A DNA stretch of 52,578 nucleotides, filler included, from Circinaria calcarea (taxonomy: Eukaryota), in NCBI GenBank assembly GCA_051942165.1. It is 3 parts of 3 records of this genome, joined end to end, with 100 filler letters (N's around TTAATTAATTAA, not from the genome) between each part and the next. Parts side by side here need not be neighbours in the genome. Positions count along the whole stretch, not along the records: positions 1 to 17,463 come from JAVECS010000268.1; 2 more parts are not named here. The stretch is one strand, 5' to 3'. Position numbers and translations under genes: made by a program. Below are positions 1 to 11,105 of this stretch, piece by piece (the first letter of the stretch is position 1; the number at the start of each line of letters is the position of its first letter). The notes under the pieces were generated by a model. That model was not told where the DNA came from. It did not search any database and worked only from the letters and a program-made list of their open reading frames with translations.

Positions 1-59
1 GCCCGCCCCGCGGTCCCCCTATTCCTCGCTTCACACGTTTTCCTCGCTCCATACGGCAC

Positions 60-515
60 AGCACAGCTAGAATAGAATAGATTTAGATTAGAACTAGAAG
101 ACTTTGATTCATCCCGCTCCGCTCCGCTCCCCAACTCACTCACTCACTCACTCACTCACTTCCCTCTTTTTTCCACCCCCTTCCAATTCGAATCCGGAAC
201 CAGAACCAAAATGGGTATTTGTATTCGTATTTTTTCTCCTCTCAAGCAAACAACGCCAACAACGCCCAACAACGCCCAACAACGATAAGTCACGGAATTA
301 TAGGAATAGGGTCGGTCGAGGGTCGAGACTTTTGGAGAGTTTTGAGATTTTGAGATTTTGAGATCCCGGGGTAGGATTACACGTAGTAAGTAAGGATTAC
401 ACGTAGTAAGTAAGTAAGGATTACTTGAAACGGATCGAACCGGGACTAGGACCAGGACTACTCCGTAGGACTACTCCGTAGGACTAAGACTAGGATTAGG
501 ATTAGGATTAGGAGC
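60..515. repeat. Mosaic of short tandem repeats / microsatellites
   Basis: (ACTC)x~7 at 134-160; AACGCCCAAC units at ~251-284; 20-bp AGGATTACACGTAGTAAGTA at 373-392 and 393-412 plus a partial third copy; 13-bp AGGACTACTCCGT x2 at 454-479; (TAGGAT)x~4 at 491-513. Confidence 0.85.
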
Positions 516-1003
516 AAACAAGAAAAGTGAGAGTAGAGATGGTTGCACTGTGCACGTTGCAACGGTGTGCTTTGAATCTCGTCCATCCAAATCCATTTTT
601 TTTCTTATTTTCCTTCTTCATTCTTCATTCTCACTCTTACGCGTAAAAAGGGAAAGGCATTTCAAATGTAGAGAAAAGGGAATGGACATCACAGATGGAC
701 AAAAGTGTTTTCCTATGAATCAATCTATCATCAAGCATACAAACAAAGCATACTTTGGGTTTCCAACTCAAATTGTATCCCGTCGGACAAGAAAGGGGCT
801 TTTCCATTCCTGTGACACGAGGCCAACCAGATTTCTCCAACCTCCCCTTTCTCTTGGCAAAAAAGAATCGAATACACACACCAATTCCGGAACCGGTCTA
901 ATGTCCTTCCCCGAGCATAAAATCCTTGCATATTCAGAAAGAAGCGCAGCTTCTCTTCTCGGGCAAAAGAGTTCAACCCATTCCATCTTCCCTAGGCTTC
1001 TAC

Positions 1004-2940
1004 CTAGTTCCGGCGCTTATTGTGCCTACGTCCGTGACCGTGGCTTTTTCGGAATTTCGAACTATAACTCATGCATTTCCCGTAGCCGGATTGGCAGCCT
1101 GCGCCGCAGTAATCGGATGAGGTACCGCAGTATCTATCATTCAAAAGTCAATATGTAAGCTGAGTCTGAGATGAGTTCGTTCTTGCTGCTTACCCGTGTG
1201 AAGAACAGCACATGCCTTTGGCACAAGTCGCACCTCCGTTGTTTGAGCCACATTGATCAATGGATTTTTGTTTCCCATATGGAGTCGCTGGAGTCTCTGG
1301 GGCAGCAGGCTGAGCTGGGGCAGCCGGTTGAGCAGGGGATGCGGGAGCAGCAGGCTCGGCAGGAGCGGCTGGCTCGGCAGGATCTGATGAGCCGACAGGC
1401 GGTGTGTACCCATCAACTAGAGTAGAAGCGGCAGCGGGTGCAGAGGATACCATAGATACATATGTAGCCGATGGAGTAGATGACGACATCGGTACATATG
1501 CAGCAGCCGACGAAGATGTCGATGCATAGGCAGCTGCTGATGTAGATGAAGACGCCGAGGCATACGCATCTGCCGATGTAGAAGGAGTGATTGATGCAGC
1601 AGAGCTCACTGGTGCAGTCCCAGAGGAAGAATCTGCGATGACTGTATTGGCAGAACCTGAAGAGCCTGAAATCTTGTTGGCCGGGGGTGGTAGATTCTTA
1701 TTGATAGCTAAAACGGGCGTAAGGACCTTGCCAGCGTCTGGCGGCCCATTAAAGTTCTTCGCAGTACAAGCGTCTTGAATGCCTTGGCACTTTTGTTCCC
1801 AAAGCTTACAATTTGCGCCACCAACTGGGCCAGCGCTGCTCCAGCAAACTTTATCTTGAGCCCAGCAATCTTCCGAGGCCTAATAAGCTGTCAGCTGCCA
1901 CATGTTATGCGGTGGAGGGTCCCATTATACTTACTTTCCAACATCCGGTCTCGTCCGAGTAGCTCTTCATCTCAAAACCACACCAGTTGCTGTTCTCCAT
2001 GACACAATTCGCCGGCTTAAGACCTTCAGTCTGAGTCATCTCTTCACGGGTTTCCAGGCTCCGCTTGGAGCTACCTGTGTAAACGGCCGGACCGAGCATG
2101 GGGTAAGGTAATGCCATAGGTTGCTGGTAAATATTGAACGTCATCGCGGCGGCGTTCTTATTCATGTCAACGAAACCAGGGATGCTCACGGTGTCTGTGG
2201 GTTTAGCTGCCCCGTTGGATTTTAGAAAGATTTGAGCGCACCCAACGAAGAACTGTGGGTCTGGTGGACTCTTGTTGGAGTTGTGCAAAGCCAGAAGCTC
2301 GGATCGAACAAGATAGTAGCCGGCTTCAATATCGTTGGGAATGCTAACGGAGAGATGTCCGTTGTTGTCAAGCAGCTTCTCCGTACACCATTTGCCCGCA
2401 GAGCTGTCGTAGTCTTCGGCGAATATTCTGAACCATCCATCACCCGCAGCGTTGTTGTCTGCGATAGCCGAGTCGACCTTCTTCATATACACCTCACAGG
2501 GCCCCTTGTGGGACCAATCAATGGACGAGCCAGGGTGCGAACCATCCGGCCAGGTGCGGTATTCAAATGTGAGGGTGGAACCGGCACTAGCTGGACAAAC
2601 TCGAGATACTCCGGTTTGTCCGTCGACACCTATACGTCCTATCAGCGGTATGCTCCATGACTTATAGGTTAAACCAAATTGAATCTTGTGTAAGACAAGG
2701 AGCGAGGAAAGACCACAGGATTTCTACATAGTCTCTGATTCACGTACCACAAGCCATGTCATTGCTCGTAATGTCTTTGATCGGGAAACTCGCTTCTTGA
2801 ATGTTGGTGCTCATCCGCACACATTGGCCATCAATTTGAGGGGCACCATCGACGAAGAAGTTGGTGAAAGTCGTATGCGCATAGACCCCCTGGGTCGTAG
2901 CTACTGCCAGCAATAGCGACTTGATAATGTGTGGATGCAT
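1004..2940 (-). CDS. Secreted AA9 (GH61) lytic polysaccharide monooxygenase with Cys-rich module, Ser/Ala/Pro linker and C-terminal CBM18 (hevein) chitin-binding domain; 4 exons
   Basis: Signal peptide MHPHIIKSLLLAVATTQGVYA followed by His1 (HTTFTNFFVDG), SHKGP, YLVRSELLALH and PQFFVGCAQI. GT-AG introns at ~2747-2630, 1934-1880 and ~1193-1134 join in frame. C-terminal QCGSNNGGATCAKGMCCSSHG/YCGTSSDYCGAGCQSGYGKC is the hevein pattern. Stop TAG at 1006-1004. Confidence 0.9.
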
Positions 2941-3954
2941 TCTGGTTCAGATTCGAAACGATGAAGTGGCGACTCAATCTACCGGGGAAGGCTCTGGAAA
3001 GGTTTCCTTTGTCTGGTGGAGTGAAAGGAAGGTAACGGAATATTTTATGGTCAAATGAGTGGCTGAGATCACTGATCTCTATGGGTGAAAATGACTGAAG
3101 TGAAGGGAAAATGTGAAAGCAAAAGGGCAAGTCCAAGGAGAGAGGAGGAAGAAGAGGTTATGTTTTATCTACGGTGTCGTGGTGGAGTGAATAGCGGCGC
3201 TTGGTGAAGCGAGAGTGGATGGAGGGGGTAAGGGGGAGGCCAGGCGCACCACACGAAAAGGACAGGTGAGCCTGAAGACGGTCAAGTTGAGACAAGGGGA
3301 TAGACCTAACTGACGGCCCACTTTACTTGTCAATCTCTCATACTTCTCTCAACAGGAAAGCCACGGAGAGGTAGCTGCTGAAAAGGCTAAGAAGATTGCG
3401 GTCCAGCTGTCGAGGAATGATAGGATATAGTATGGGAAAGTTAGATGTCCATTGTCATTTTCAAGGCACCATCCGGTGACTTGTCCATCCTCATGGCAAA
3501 TCTCAGGAGAAACCGTTTCAGGGATGGTCCTCGCAGCAAAGGCATTGGAGGTACTTGGTAATAGGGGCCTGCAGCAGGCTACCCCTCCATTTTCCCGAGG
3601 GGCTCGTCCGTCTCGACTACGCGATGGTGCGGCGTCTGTACCGCTGTTGGTCATATCGTATTTCGGAGTAAGGAAAATGTCATGCTTACTGCAGGTCAAT
3701 CTCCGGGACGAAAAAGCTTCTTCTTCTTCTTCTTTGATGTTGTGTCCACCGCGTTTCGAAATGGCTTTAGCGCCCTGCCGGGAACCAATGGCGAAAGAGG
3801 CCAGCCAGTTCGGTGATTAAGCGCCCGGACCGGTATCTCTAGCCTGATTGATATCTCTAACTCTATTTAATACCTTTGAAGCGGGCAATTTCGTCATGCT
3901 AAATACGTGGACATGTTGATTATTTGGCATATATACAGTCTATACAAACTATAC

Positions 3955-4982
3955 TTAGGCGTGAAGTAATGGTGTTTGCTCATCCTCATGATCAGTAAAG
4001 CCCGGATTGCGCCCATGTCCCCCGTCGGTGGCAAGTCCGTTACTCACAGCCCCCGAATCTCCCCGGTCGTTATTCTTGCTCTTGTCTCTATTCTCGAGCC
4101 AGATGCTCATGCACAGCAAGCTTCCTTGCAGAACGCCGGTCCAAAGGAACAGGCCCCAAGTACTCCATCCCGCCCATCCTAGCCTTGCTGCCAGACTCCC
4201 CGCGAAAACAAAGCTCCCGGGTGTTTGGAGGCACATCATTGGGATACTGAGGCTGCCAACCGTCTTGAGCCTCCACGTTGTATAGATTTGGGGGAAATAT
4301 TGGATACTGGCAATGACAGTTGCGAGAACGCCGAGGAAGCTTGCCCATGGCTGGAGTTGACCGGGGAAGCTGTAGATGAATAGGGCACTTAAAATGAACG
4401 TAATGACAGCATGAATAACGCAGATGACTGTGATGATGACGGCTGTGCCAAAGGAAGGCGTATGGGACGTTGCCGAGAGGTCCGAGGGTGGAGCTATAGG
4501 CGAAGCATGTGGAAAGAATAAGAGGAAGAGGAGAAGGCTGCGTAGATGATCGGATCAGCAAGTCTCCATAGGCCAGGTTTCGTTCTGCATAATCTTACAT
4601 GAAAGTAAAACAAGCCCAGATCACTCCGATCTGCAGGATACCTAGCAATCCCGCAAAGCACGCAAACCCACTGATTTCTCGGCAGCAAGCCACATCTGCA
4701 CGACTTGTTGGAAGGACGAGGATGTTGGCAAAGGTGCAAGTACTCGCTATTGTACCGAGGAGGACGAAATAAGGAGAGAGGCCCTCCGAGGACCGTCGGG
4801 AGATGATGCGGTGGTGTTGTGGGACATACGAGAAGAAGATACCGAGGACAAGGACACTAGACACCTTCAGTCAGTGATAGAAGCGCCGCATAATCTGCTG
4901 ATTTATTGGGAGCAGACAGGGACAGTAAGAAGTTCCCGATGTTTGGTGATGCCAGAGCGGCGCAATGATTTGAAGGTACCAT
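3955..4982 (-). CDS. PQ-loop repeat membrane protein (probable vacuolar transporter); 3 exons
   Basis: ATG at 4982 (MVPSNHCAALASPNIGNFLLS). Two PQ motifs (SYVPQHHRII..SSEGLSPYFVLLG and IQYFPQIY..VGSLSIPMM), several hydrophobic helices and a C-terminal EQTPLL dileucine signal. Confidence 0.85.
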
Positions 4983-5400
4983 TGATATATGGTGATATAT
5001 GGTTGTGAGATTCACCCTCTAAACCCACAAGGCATCAGGGCGTCGATGATAATACAAGGTAGTATCTTAACGCTTCTGAGGGACACTCTGTACCCTGCGC
5101 GCATCTTAAAGGTTTGTGTAATAAACGACTTGTAGATTGGGGCAACGCGTGAGATCCATCACGTGGAGTCAACACCAGGTACCTACCCTGATCGGCCCTA
5201 AGAGCTAGTGACAAGGCGGGGAACCCCTCCCCCACATTCCAGGAACAAAAAGCCGTAAAGGAGCTTGAATGCGCTGTTATATGCCTCTCTACAACACCGC
5301 TCATGTGGGGTAGTTTATCCGGAAATGACCTCGATTGGACATGATAGTAAGCTTGCCAGGACCTTAGAATTGATAGCTGTCTCAGAGTGTGACACAGCTA

Positions 5401-7776
5401 ATGAGATTTGTGCTAGGGCTCTTGGAGGCATGGCATCTCTATCGAGTACCTGTTCTCTTGATTTCAGCCCTGTGCATCTTGTTTGTTTGGTACAGATTGA
5501 GAAGTAGGACACGGTGGGAAAAGTTGTCATGTTCTCCTTCAGCTGGGACGCCAAACTTGACATCGGTATCTGAGAAAACGGCATGGTTGGAAAAGCCCAA
5601 GGCGAGACCTTTGACGGTTGCCGGCGAGATCAATGGAAGTGCCACTTATGGCGATCAGGCTCAAGTGAACGGTGCCTCGCTTCAGCCCAAACGTCCTCGC
5701 CCGGCTCCGAAAAGAGTCAAAGGCTCGAGGGTCGGCAGAAGTCCTCAAACTTCAGCGTCCCTTGAAGATGATCTACCAGTGGAATCAGTAACAATTCAGC
5801 CGCTGGTCTTCTTCTCCTCACTTACGGGGAGCACTGAGAGATACGCTAAGAAACTTGTCGCGGATTTCGCTACATCGGTACAGATGAAATCAGGACACAT
5901 TCTCAAACCCAAGCTACATGACCTTTCTGACATTGACTATGACGACTACTTCATTGCTGCACCCAAACCTGATACTTGGAGCCCAAACGTCGAGTACTTT
6001 TATCTACTTATAGTGCCCACTTACAACGTCGAAACCATCCTCAATACCTTCCTCGCTCATCTGAAGGAAACCCACAATGACTTTCGGATCGATACTGCCC
6101 CGATGTCCAGCTTACTCGGCTACAGTGTGTTTGGATTCGGTGATAGAGAAGGTTGGCCGACGGAACAAGATGGTTTCTGTTCGCAGGCGAGAGAGGTAGA
6201 TAAGTGGATGGCAAAATTGACGGGACGGAAAAGAGCGTTCCCACTAGGAACGGGGGACCTGAAGTCAGATGGTGTAAAAAGGCTAGAGGAATGGAGAGTC
6301 GGGGTTGAAGAGAGTATACAGGGTATTATAGCTCAAGGGGGTTTGGGCGAAGGGGTTCTGGGCAGTGGAGAAGCAGTTGAAAGTGACGAGGAAGAAGCAG
6401 AAAGAGAAATCGACATATCTTCGAAGAATGAGAACAATGCCATTAAGCCACGCCTAACAAGCAGGCACCGCCGACCTCCCAAAGGTCAGAACATCTCCGA
6501 CCTAGAAGACCTAGGCCTTAAATCCGCATCACACCCTCCTTCTGCTCTCCCAATCGACTTCACCACCACATCCTCTTCACCTCCTTCCCTCCCCGAGATG
6601 GTCCCTGCTTCCTCACCTACTCACGCTGCTCTTACAAAACAGGGCTATTCCATCCTCGGTTCCCACTCCGGCGTCAAAATCTGCCGCTGGACAAAATCCG
6701 CCCTCCGCGGTCGCGGTTCCTGCTACAAATACTCTTTCTACGGCATTTCTTCCCATCTCTGTATGGAAACCACCCCGTCCCTCTCCTGCAGCAACAAGTG
6801 TGTTTTCTGCTGGCGGCACGGCACAAACCCAGTCGCAACGACTTGGCGTTGGAAAGTCGATGAGCCGGATCTGATCTTTGAAGGAGCAAAGAAGGAGCAT
6901 CTGAGGAGGATCAAGATGATGAGAGGTGTGCCCGGCGTTCGTGCCGAGAGGTTCCAAGAAGCGATGAGGATACGGCATTGCGCTCTAAGCTTAGTCGGGG
7001 AACCGATTTTCTACCCACACATCAACCGACTCCTCGCCCTGATGCACCAAGAACATATCAGCACTTTTCTCGTCTGCAACGCCCAACACCCCACTCAACT
7101 CGCGGCCTTGGAAGCAGTCACCCAACTCTACGTCAGCATCGACGCCAGCAACCGGGAAAGTCTCCGCAAGATTGACAGGCCCCTGCACCGCGATTTCTGG
7201 GAACGGTTCCTCGCCTGCCTGGATATTATCCGGGAAAAGCGCTTCCGGATGCGGACCGTCTACCGGCTCACGCTCGTCAAGGGCTTCAACATGGACGCGG
7301 AAGTCGACGACTACGCCGACCTCGTCGCTCGCGGCCTGCCCTGCTTCGTCGAGATCAAAGGCGTCACGTACTGCGGCACCTCGACGTCCTCCTCGGCGGG
7401 CCTGACGATGCAAAACGTGCCGTTTTACCATGAAATCACGGCTTTTGTCAAGGGGCTCAATACCGCCTTGGCGACAAGAGGATTGGACTACGGCATCGCG
7501 GCCGAACACGCCCACAGCTGTTGCGTGCTCATGGCTTCGAAGCGGTTCCTAAGAGGGGCGAAATGGCATACCCGGATCGATTATCGGCGCTTCTTTGAAT
7601 GCTTGGAGAGCGGTCGGGAGTTTGGGCCCGAGGATTACGTGGGCGAGGAGACGCCCGAGTGGGCGACTTGGGGCAGAGGAGGGTTCGATCCGAGAGATGA
7701 GAGGGTGGATCGGAAGGGGAGGAGGATTGAAGGCGGTGGGGGGCAGGCGGACGGACGGGAGCGTTTCCCGGAATGA
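5401..7776 (+). CDS. TYW1: tRNA 4-demethylwyosine synthase Tyw1 (flavodoxin + radical SAM + wyosine formation domains)
   Basis: N-terminal hydrophobic anchor, flavodoxin motif FFSSLTGSTERYA, GSHSGVKICRWTK, CYK, radical-SAM CSNKCVFCWR, SLVGEP and EIKGVTYCG. Single long ORF; start placed at the first in-frame ATG, 5401. Confidence 0.95.
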   Translation: MRFVLGLLEAWHLYRVPVLLISALCILFVWYRLRSRTRWEKLSCSPSAGTPNLTSVSEKTAWLEKPKARPLTVAGEINGSATYGDQAQVNGASLQPKRPRPAPKRVKGSRVGRSPQTSASLEDDLPVESVTIQPLVFFSSLTGSTERYAKKLVADFATSVQMKSGHILKPKLHDLSDIDYDDYFIAAPKPDTWSPNVEYFYLLIVPTYNVETILNTFLAHLKETHNDFRIDTAPMSSLLGYSVFGFGDREGWPTEQDGFCSQAREVDKWMAKLTGRKRAFPLGTGDLKSDGVKRLEEWRVGVEESIQGIIAQGGLGEGVLGSGEAVESDEEEAEREIDISSKNENNAIKPRLTSRHRRPPKGQNISDLEDLGLKSASHPPSALPIDFTTTSSSPPSLPEMVPASSPTHAALTKQGYSILGSHSGVKICRWTKSALRGRGSCYKYSFYGISSHLCMETTPSLSCSNKCVFCWRHGTNPVATTWRWKVDEPDLIFEGAKKEHLRRIKMMRGVPGVRAERFQEAMRIRHCALSLVGEPIFYPHINRLLALMHQEHISTFLVCNAQHPTQLAALEAVTQLYVSIDASNRESLRKIDRPLHRDFWERFLACLDIIREKRFRMRTVYRLTLVKGFNMDAEVDDYADLVARGLPCFVEIKGVTYCGTSTSSSAGLTMQNVPFYHEITAFVKGLNTALATRGLDYGIAAEHAHSCCVLMASKRFLRGAKWHTRIDYRRFFECLESGREFGPEDYVGEETPEWATWGRGGFDPRDERVDRKGRRIEGGGGQADGRERFPE

Positions 7777-8429
7777 TTCTCCAGCCGCACGATTTCGGAA
7801 TTGAAAAATGACCCGTGCATCTTGCTTGTTTGGAGTCTTGGGACTGGAGAAATCCAAAAGTAGGATGGCAGTTTTACCAGGTCTTGAAAACTTCCGTCCT
7901 GAGCACTGAGCCACCACCATTAGAAAACAGTAGCCTCTCGACGATAAAAGGCAAGGAACGGGCTTTTTAAACAAGCCTAGCATGGAGAATGAATGGGATC
8001 CTCGGTAAAGAAAGTGGTCCTTCACGGCTGCCGGAGGAAATGTCACAGCATCAACGTGCTCCCCAATCAAAACCTGGCTTCGTAGAGAGATTTAGTTTGT
8101 AGTAGTCGCTCAACGTCGAACGTTGAGGGGGTCAGGATATGTAGATACCTTTAGGGAACGGGACGGTAGCCCCCTAGAACGTAATCGTGTTAGAATGCGT
8201 CGAGCGTTGAAGTTATGACATGTGTATATGTTCTCTGCTGCCCCCCCCCCAAAAAAATAAAATAAAATAAAGGATCGATATTCGTAGAAACATCCTTCAC
8301 ATCGCCCGCTGTGACCCTATTTAGAGAGGGACGATATTATGGAGGGTGACTTAGTTGATTGGTGTGGTGCTAAGTCTAAGAGGAGTGGTGGGGGAAACTA
8401 AATACAGGCAGGTGCTGACTAAGCTCCAC

Positions 8430-11105
8430 ACCGCCTCCGGTGAGTCGATACCGGGCGTGGTCGATATTGGCGGGTTACTCGGGATTCACGCAATTCAGTA
8501 TTGATACTTTTATCAAGGGACCTCCTCCCGTACATATGTTGACTGCGACTTTTAACGATAAAGGACGAAACCCTCGATTAGGCTTAGCGCAGGGTTATTT
8601 TTGTTTTTTTCTAGGAGCGCGCGGGCACTCATGCGATCGTGTATCTGCCAGTTGCGGGAGATGACGATCATCTTGCTCAGGGCCCATACTCGTGGAGTGA
8701 ATAGGTAGGCATGGCGGCTGATATCGCCTGTAGTGGTGTCAAAGATAAACAGCTCAATGCTCGGCACTGACGAGTGTCGAAAGTCGGGTAGGCCCGCCAT
8801 TTCGGTGATTAGGATGAGGTTGGATCATGACTCTCATCACTCCTCGTGAAGCATCCGTATGCCTGAAAAGTGGCGGATGGTAATGGGCCTAATGCACGCT
8901 GCCGTGTGACTTGCTCGGTAGCACAACTCTCGGTTGGCCCATATGCCATTGTCCAGAACGTTGAGACTTGTAGTGTAGAGCTCGAGTCTTTCAGAGTATC
9001 GTATAGGTATTCTTGACCGGTTTGAGCATCGATTTTGGGGACTAATTCGGCATATAGAAAGTAGTTTTGGGGTTAGGTTTAACTACCTTATCTGCTGGCT
9101 AATTCGCATATCCTTCTCCCATGCGAAGACACCAAACACCTCTACACTTTTTGAATGCGGGACAGGTGAAGATATTCACTCCGTTTCGCACCCAGCTTAT
9201 AGTACTGTCCATGGGTCCGTCGGACGCAAAAATTCATATCAGAGCAAAACCGGTAGGGGTACGAGATGAATGTAACTCGGGAGGGCAGAATCAACGTAAC
9301 AAGTACCGGGATTAGAGGGAAACGAAACCATAGTCTTTCCCGGCTCCCGTTCCTCAGAAGGGTACTATTATAGGCCAGAGATCTCAATCCACCCTTGCGA
9401 TTTGCACTTAGCCGACTGCCAAACACAGGCCACTGCAGCCCAGCTTTTGGTGACAGGGAGCCATGCATGCCTTGAGCCCCATGACTCCAATACCTACAAT
9501 GCATTGACAGCGGAATTTGATATGACGACTGGATACAGGAAAGAAGCACACGAGGTACCCAGGTAGCTAGAGTCAGGGAATAGAATATGGTGGTGTGAGG
9601 GACTTACCGACATTCTAGACGAATGCCAACCCCCTGTCCGTTGACCGTACCATCAGGTATTATGTGTCAACCTTCTTTGGTGACGAAGGCCATGGTGTCT
9701 TGGAAGAAGGGCGGCTCACGGACCCCAGCGAGATCAATCGTGGCCGCATCGATCCAATCTGATAACCGTCAAATGAGAGAGGATACCCTTTCTTCCGAGA
9801 TTGACCAAATGACTTTCAGCTTCGTATTGGGCTTATCGCGCTCTTCAGGTTACCAAAGGTTGCAGCCCATCCGCACAAGTGGGTGCTGGTAGTACCCTTG
9901 AGAAAATCTAAGCGGCGGCAGATGTCCGATGATCATGCAGCGGACCTAATCGGAGACGGAACACTGCCGATTACCCCACATACGCTAAGACGGTGTGGTA
10001 TCTGAATCAAAGGCTCTTGCACCATCTTATCTCCTCCCTCTCAAGCCTAAAGTATTCTCCTGCTGTGTTTCCATGATCGATCAGGTAAGATTACATCTTT
10101 GGTATAACGGCATCCTCCCACCAGTCCTTCAGACAAAGTGGGCAAAAGACCCGGTGCCATGTTCCGATGCTGAAATGCAACAGGTATCCTCAGCTGAGTA
10201 GTGGAGTGCAGCAAACGGATCCCAACTCCGTGTTCGAACAGCTGCAGACATTCGTGTAGATAACTTATAACCTGTAAGCACTAGTTGATTCCATATCTCT
10301 AATATAGCTTGTAGGCAGGAGAGACCACGTGGATGTTTTCAACATTGACCATGTAGGCAAGCAGCAAAGTCCGCCGTTATTCCCATTCTCACCAAAATAT
10401 CTCATTACGGCGATTACGCTGCATATCCACCATAAGCAACCACTGTTAGAACTTTGATCTTGAAGGGACCCTTCGCAGCAGATGGCTGCAGCCTTGCTTC
10501 TAATCGCAGGCGCGCCCGAACAACTGCGACGGTGACTCATCCTGTCGCGAATTCAAATCGACAGTACAGTCTGATCAGAGGAGTATTTGTTCACGTTCAT
10601 GCAGACATCCATTACCCCAACGTCTCGGGTTGAGATGTGCCCAACCCTCGAATTCTTGGCCGCCTTCAACCTAGAGGGCTTCTGCAGCTGTCGCAACTTT
10701 CTCGGCTCTATTGGTTTCCGGAGCGCGAAAGACCCCAGCGATCACGACAAATTATGCATTGAGATTCAAACGTGCGATCGCGAAGTCTATGGCCACTGCC
10801 CTCCAGGGCAATCGAGCTTGACGGCCACAGTTCTCTGGACGTTCAATCTGTCCTTTTGAAAAACGAGATTCTTGAAGATGCTGCACAACAGTTCATACAT
10901 GATCGTTGTGTCTGCTGGTTGGGTAGTGCTGTTATCCAAGGTAAAGCTCTACTTGAAGATGAGCACACCTGTATCCGTAAATGCGATTTCAACACCAATC
11001 TCCCGACCTCTTGAGATAAACTAGGACACTCCCTAGGGCACCTGACATTTAATAATCGTATATGATGTGATTTGTGAGATGAGCATGGAAAAACTTCGAG
11101 ACATG
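8430..11105 (-). pseudogene. Probable decayed multi-exon gene of unidentified family
   Basis: Minus-strand segments bounded by splice signals (for example AG|9945...9608|GTAAGT) translate to protein-like text broken by isolated stops and frameshifts, e.g. VRCMIIGHLPP..NLW*PEE..SLI*RLSDWIDAATIDLAGVREPPFFQDTMAFVTKEG*HIIPDG and REIGVEIAFTDTGVLIFK*SFTLDN. Boundaries are approximate. Confidence 0.45.

Noticed and set aside
373..480. Direct repeats as a CRISPR-like array
   Set aside because: The repeats are contiguous with no spacers, and the context is eukaryotic.
491..513. (TAGGAT)n as a telomere
   Set aside because: The unit is TTAGGA, not TTAGGG; there are only about 4 copies, internal and among other microsatellites.
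550..1158. 202-aa plus-strand ORF
   Set aside because: It lies antisense to the AA9 last exon and 3' region, starts at GTG and shows no recognisable motif.
8109..8127. Inverted repeat CTCAACGT-CGA-ACGTTGAG
   Set aside because: An isolated 8-bp stem with no partner terminus or target-site duplication to suggest an element.
9067..9082. 16-mer TTGGGGTTAGGTTTAA also present at 36131-36146
   Set aside because: One 16-bp match in 52 kb is not unexpected by chance, the flanks do not extend, and the copies lie on different contigs.
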